Translations under genes and position numbers: made by a program
The notes under the pieces: model-generated
Database searches by the model: none
Told to the model about the DNA's origin: nothing
Seen by the model: only the letters and a program-made list of their open reading frames with translations
Shown: positions 45,650 through 46,983 of the stretch, piece after piece
Layout: each line of letters begins with the position of its first letter
Position numbering within the stretch: the first letter of the stretch is position 1
Assembly: GCA_036268235.1 (NCBI GenBank)
Contig: DATAUN010000071.1
Coordinates: 1-46,983, forward strand
Direction: 5' to 3'
DNA: 46,983 nt
From: Gaiellaceae bacterium
GTDB taxonomy: Bacteria; Actinomycetota; Thermoleophilia; Gaiellales; Gaiellaceae

Positions 45650-46192
45650 CTAGGCCTCCTTCGCCTTCAGCGCCGACTGCAGCGCCGCGATCGCGCCCTT
45701 GCGCGCGGCGTGCGCCTGCTCGTAGGCGAGTGCCGCCTCGAGCATCGGCCGGTTCCAGGTCTTCGCGCCCTCGCCGATCTGCGCGACGGTCAGCTCCTCG
45801 AAGCCGTGCGGCATGCCCTTGACGTGCTCTTCGGAGGGCGCCGCCTCGACCTTCGCTGCGGCTTCGACCTGCGGCGCGGCTTCGGCCTTCGGCGCGGCCG
45901 CAGCCTTCTTCGGCGCCGCCTTCTTCGCGCCGCCGAGCGAGATCTCGATGCGCGTCTGCGCGGCGCGGAACCCGTTGTGGCGCTTGTAGCCGGTGCGCTT
46001 CTTGTACTTGCCGATGCGAATCTTCGGCCCGCGCAGGTGCGCAAGCACGGTCGCCGTGACGGCGCCGTCGCCGAGCAGGACGTCTGGGCTGAGGGTCTTG
46101 CCCTCGTCGGCCTTGAGGCGGTCCACGACGAGAGTCTCGCCTTCGCGGACGCGGTACTGCTTTCCACCGAGACGGATGATCGCGTATTCCAT
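45650..46192 (-). CDS. rplU: 50S ribosomal protein L21 with a ~80-aa C-terminal extension
   Basis: [19 protein letters not shown]...[23 protein letters not shown] is the L21 core (~100 aa). It is followed by an Ala/Lys/Pro linker and a helical segment [41 protein letters not shown]. Confidence 0.9.
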   Translation of the reverse strand: MEYAIIRLGGKQYRVREGETLVVDRLKADEGKTLSPDVLLGDGAVTATVLAHLRGPKIRIGKYKKRTGYKRHNGFRAAQTRIEISLGGAKKAAPKKAAAAPKAEAAPQVEAAAKVEAAPSEEHVKGMPHGFEELTVAQIGEGAKTWNRPMLEAALAYEQAHAARKGAIAALQSALKAKEA

Positions 46193-46237
46193 GAGAAAGG
46201 CGCGGGCGGGGCCCGCGAGCGGTCGCCAGTGTAGCGA

Positions 46238-46983
46238 CTAGCGCTCTCTGTCGTCCAACCCCCACTCGCTCATCGGCGTGTAGCCCCAGTCCTCGTCGCC
46301 GTTCGCGGACGGCTCTGCGGGCTGTGCGGGCCCTGCGGGCCCTGCGGGCTCGGGCGCTTCGGGCTCGGGCGCCTCGGTCTCCTCGACTTCGAGAGCCTCC
46401 GGCTCGACCAGCTCGTCCTCGACCTCGGGTGCGTCGGCCTCGACGGTCGCCGTGGCCGCGCCCGCGGGCTTCTTGCGGCGGTTCTTGCCACCGCGGGAGC
46501 CGCGACGGGTGCGTTTCTTCGGCGGAGCGGTGCCGTCGCCGTTTTCCTCGGCGCCGAGCTCGCGATCCGGAAGGTGGATCACCGGCCCCTCGGTGGGCTC
46601 GGGCTCTTCGGCGGTGTCTGACACCGTCTCGGTGTCTGACACCGGTTCGGCCTCAACGGCGCCGTTCGCTGCCGCGGCGACCGCCGGCTTCTTCCTGCGG
46701 TTCTTACCGCCGCGCGAGCCGCGCCGCGTCTTCTTCTTCACCGGCGTGGCGGCCGTCTCGTCGCCGGCGGCGGCGACGTCATCCTCGGCCTCCTCGGCTT
46801 CGACTTCGTCTTCGTCCTCGACGAGCTCGTCCTCGGCCACCTCGGCCTCGGGCGTCCCCGGCTTCTTCGCCGGTGCGCGCTTGGCGCGCGTCGGCCGCTC
46901 GGCCTCGGCCTCGGCAGTGAGCGGCTCGTCGACCTGCTCGACCGGCGAGAGGAGCTCGGCCCAGGCGATCGCCTCGGCGACCG
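46238..46983 (-). CDS. C-terminal acidic/Arg-rich tail of a larger protein, probably RNase E/G (the N-terminus lies off the window)
   Basis: The ORF stays open to the window edge (frame continues upstream of M at 46840). Alternating poly-acidic and [19 protein letters not shown] segments are typical of actinobacterial RNase E scaffolding regions. The position upstream of rplU-rpmA-obg matches the conserved rne-rplU-rpmA-obg order. The catalytic domain is not visible. Confidence 0.5.
   Translation of the reverse strand, partial: VAEAIAWAELLSPVEQVDEPLTAEAEAERPTRAKRAPAKKPGTPEAEVAEDELVEDEDEVEAEEAEDDVAAAGDETAATPVKKKTRRGSRGGKNRRKKPAVAAAANGAVEAEPVSDTETVSDTAEEPEPTEGPVIHLPDRELGAEENGDGTAPPKKRTRRGSRGGKNRRKKPAGAATATVEADAPEVEDELVEPEALEVEETEAPEPEAPEPAGPAGPAQPAEPSANGDEDWGYTPMSEWGLDDRER
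46463..46738 (-). repeat. Direct in-frame duplication of a 19-aa Arg/Lys-rich segment (46682..46738 and 46463..46519)
   Basis: [19 protein letters not shown] and [19 protein letters not shown], separated by an acidic spacer that itself contains the SDTETVSDT mini-repeat (GGTGTCTGACACC twice at about 46605-46635). Confidence 0.8.

Noticed and set aside
46192-46238. Possible ribosomal-protein leader or attenuator structure upstream of rplU (GCGGGCCCCGCCCGC stem on the - strand)
   Set aside because: This is only a short 5-6 bp GC stem in GC-rich DNA, which is expected by chance. It bears no recognisable similarity to known L21 leaders, and I cannot evaluate covariation.

Overview
About 47 kb of a very GC-rich (roughly 70-77% in sampled 60-nt stretches), extremely gene-dense chromosome of actinobacterial type. 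The taxon cannot be proven from sequence alone. I support about 60 genes, many joined by 4-nt ATGA/GTGA/TTGA start-stop overlaps. Most long ORFs on the opposite strand are Arg/Ala-rich shadows typical of high-GC DNA.

Housekeeping backbone: a partial GT4 glycosyltransferase, rex, a glutaredoxin-like gene, gdh, an S8 protease, the t6A genes tsaE-tsaB-rimI and tsaD, family-4 UDG, DUF2520-panC-panB, uvrA, uvrB, sucA, an MMPL transporter, a GGDEF cyclase, tRNA-Ala(GGC), rsfS-nadD-obg-rpmA-rplU, and the tail of an RNase E-like gene. I saw no CRISPR array, rRNA, transposase or integrase.

Candidates for undescribed biology:
1. A 10-gene translationally chained unit (11940-19229). Six uncharacterised envelope proteins sit directly upstream of Sco-YcnI-CopC/CopD. 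They include a paralogous pair that brackets the module and a protein whose predicted mature N-terminus is His, like CopC and YcnI.
2. A perfect Gram-positive-type SOS box (CGAAC-N4-GTTCG) lies between uvrA and a divergent three-gene operon. That operon encodes one unknown protein and two paralogous proteins, each carrying two YbjQ/UPF0145 domains.
3. A low-GC ERCC4/XPF-type nuclease gene is inserted on the opposite strand between rimI and tsaD. It is closed by a perfect 11-bp hairpin that spans both stop codons.
4. A low-GC PD-(D/E)XK endonuclease ORF has no stop codon before tRNA-Ala and reads in sense through the whole tRNA.
5. Two identical AT-rich 15-bp palindromes lie upstream of a macro-domain gene.

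All functional calls come from motif recognition by eye. No database search was run.
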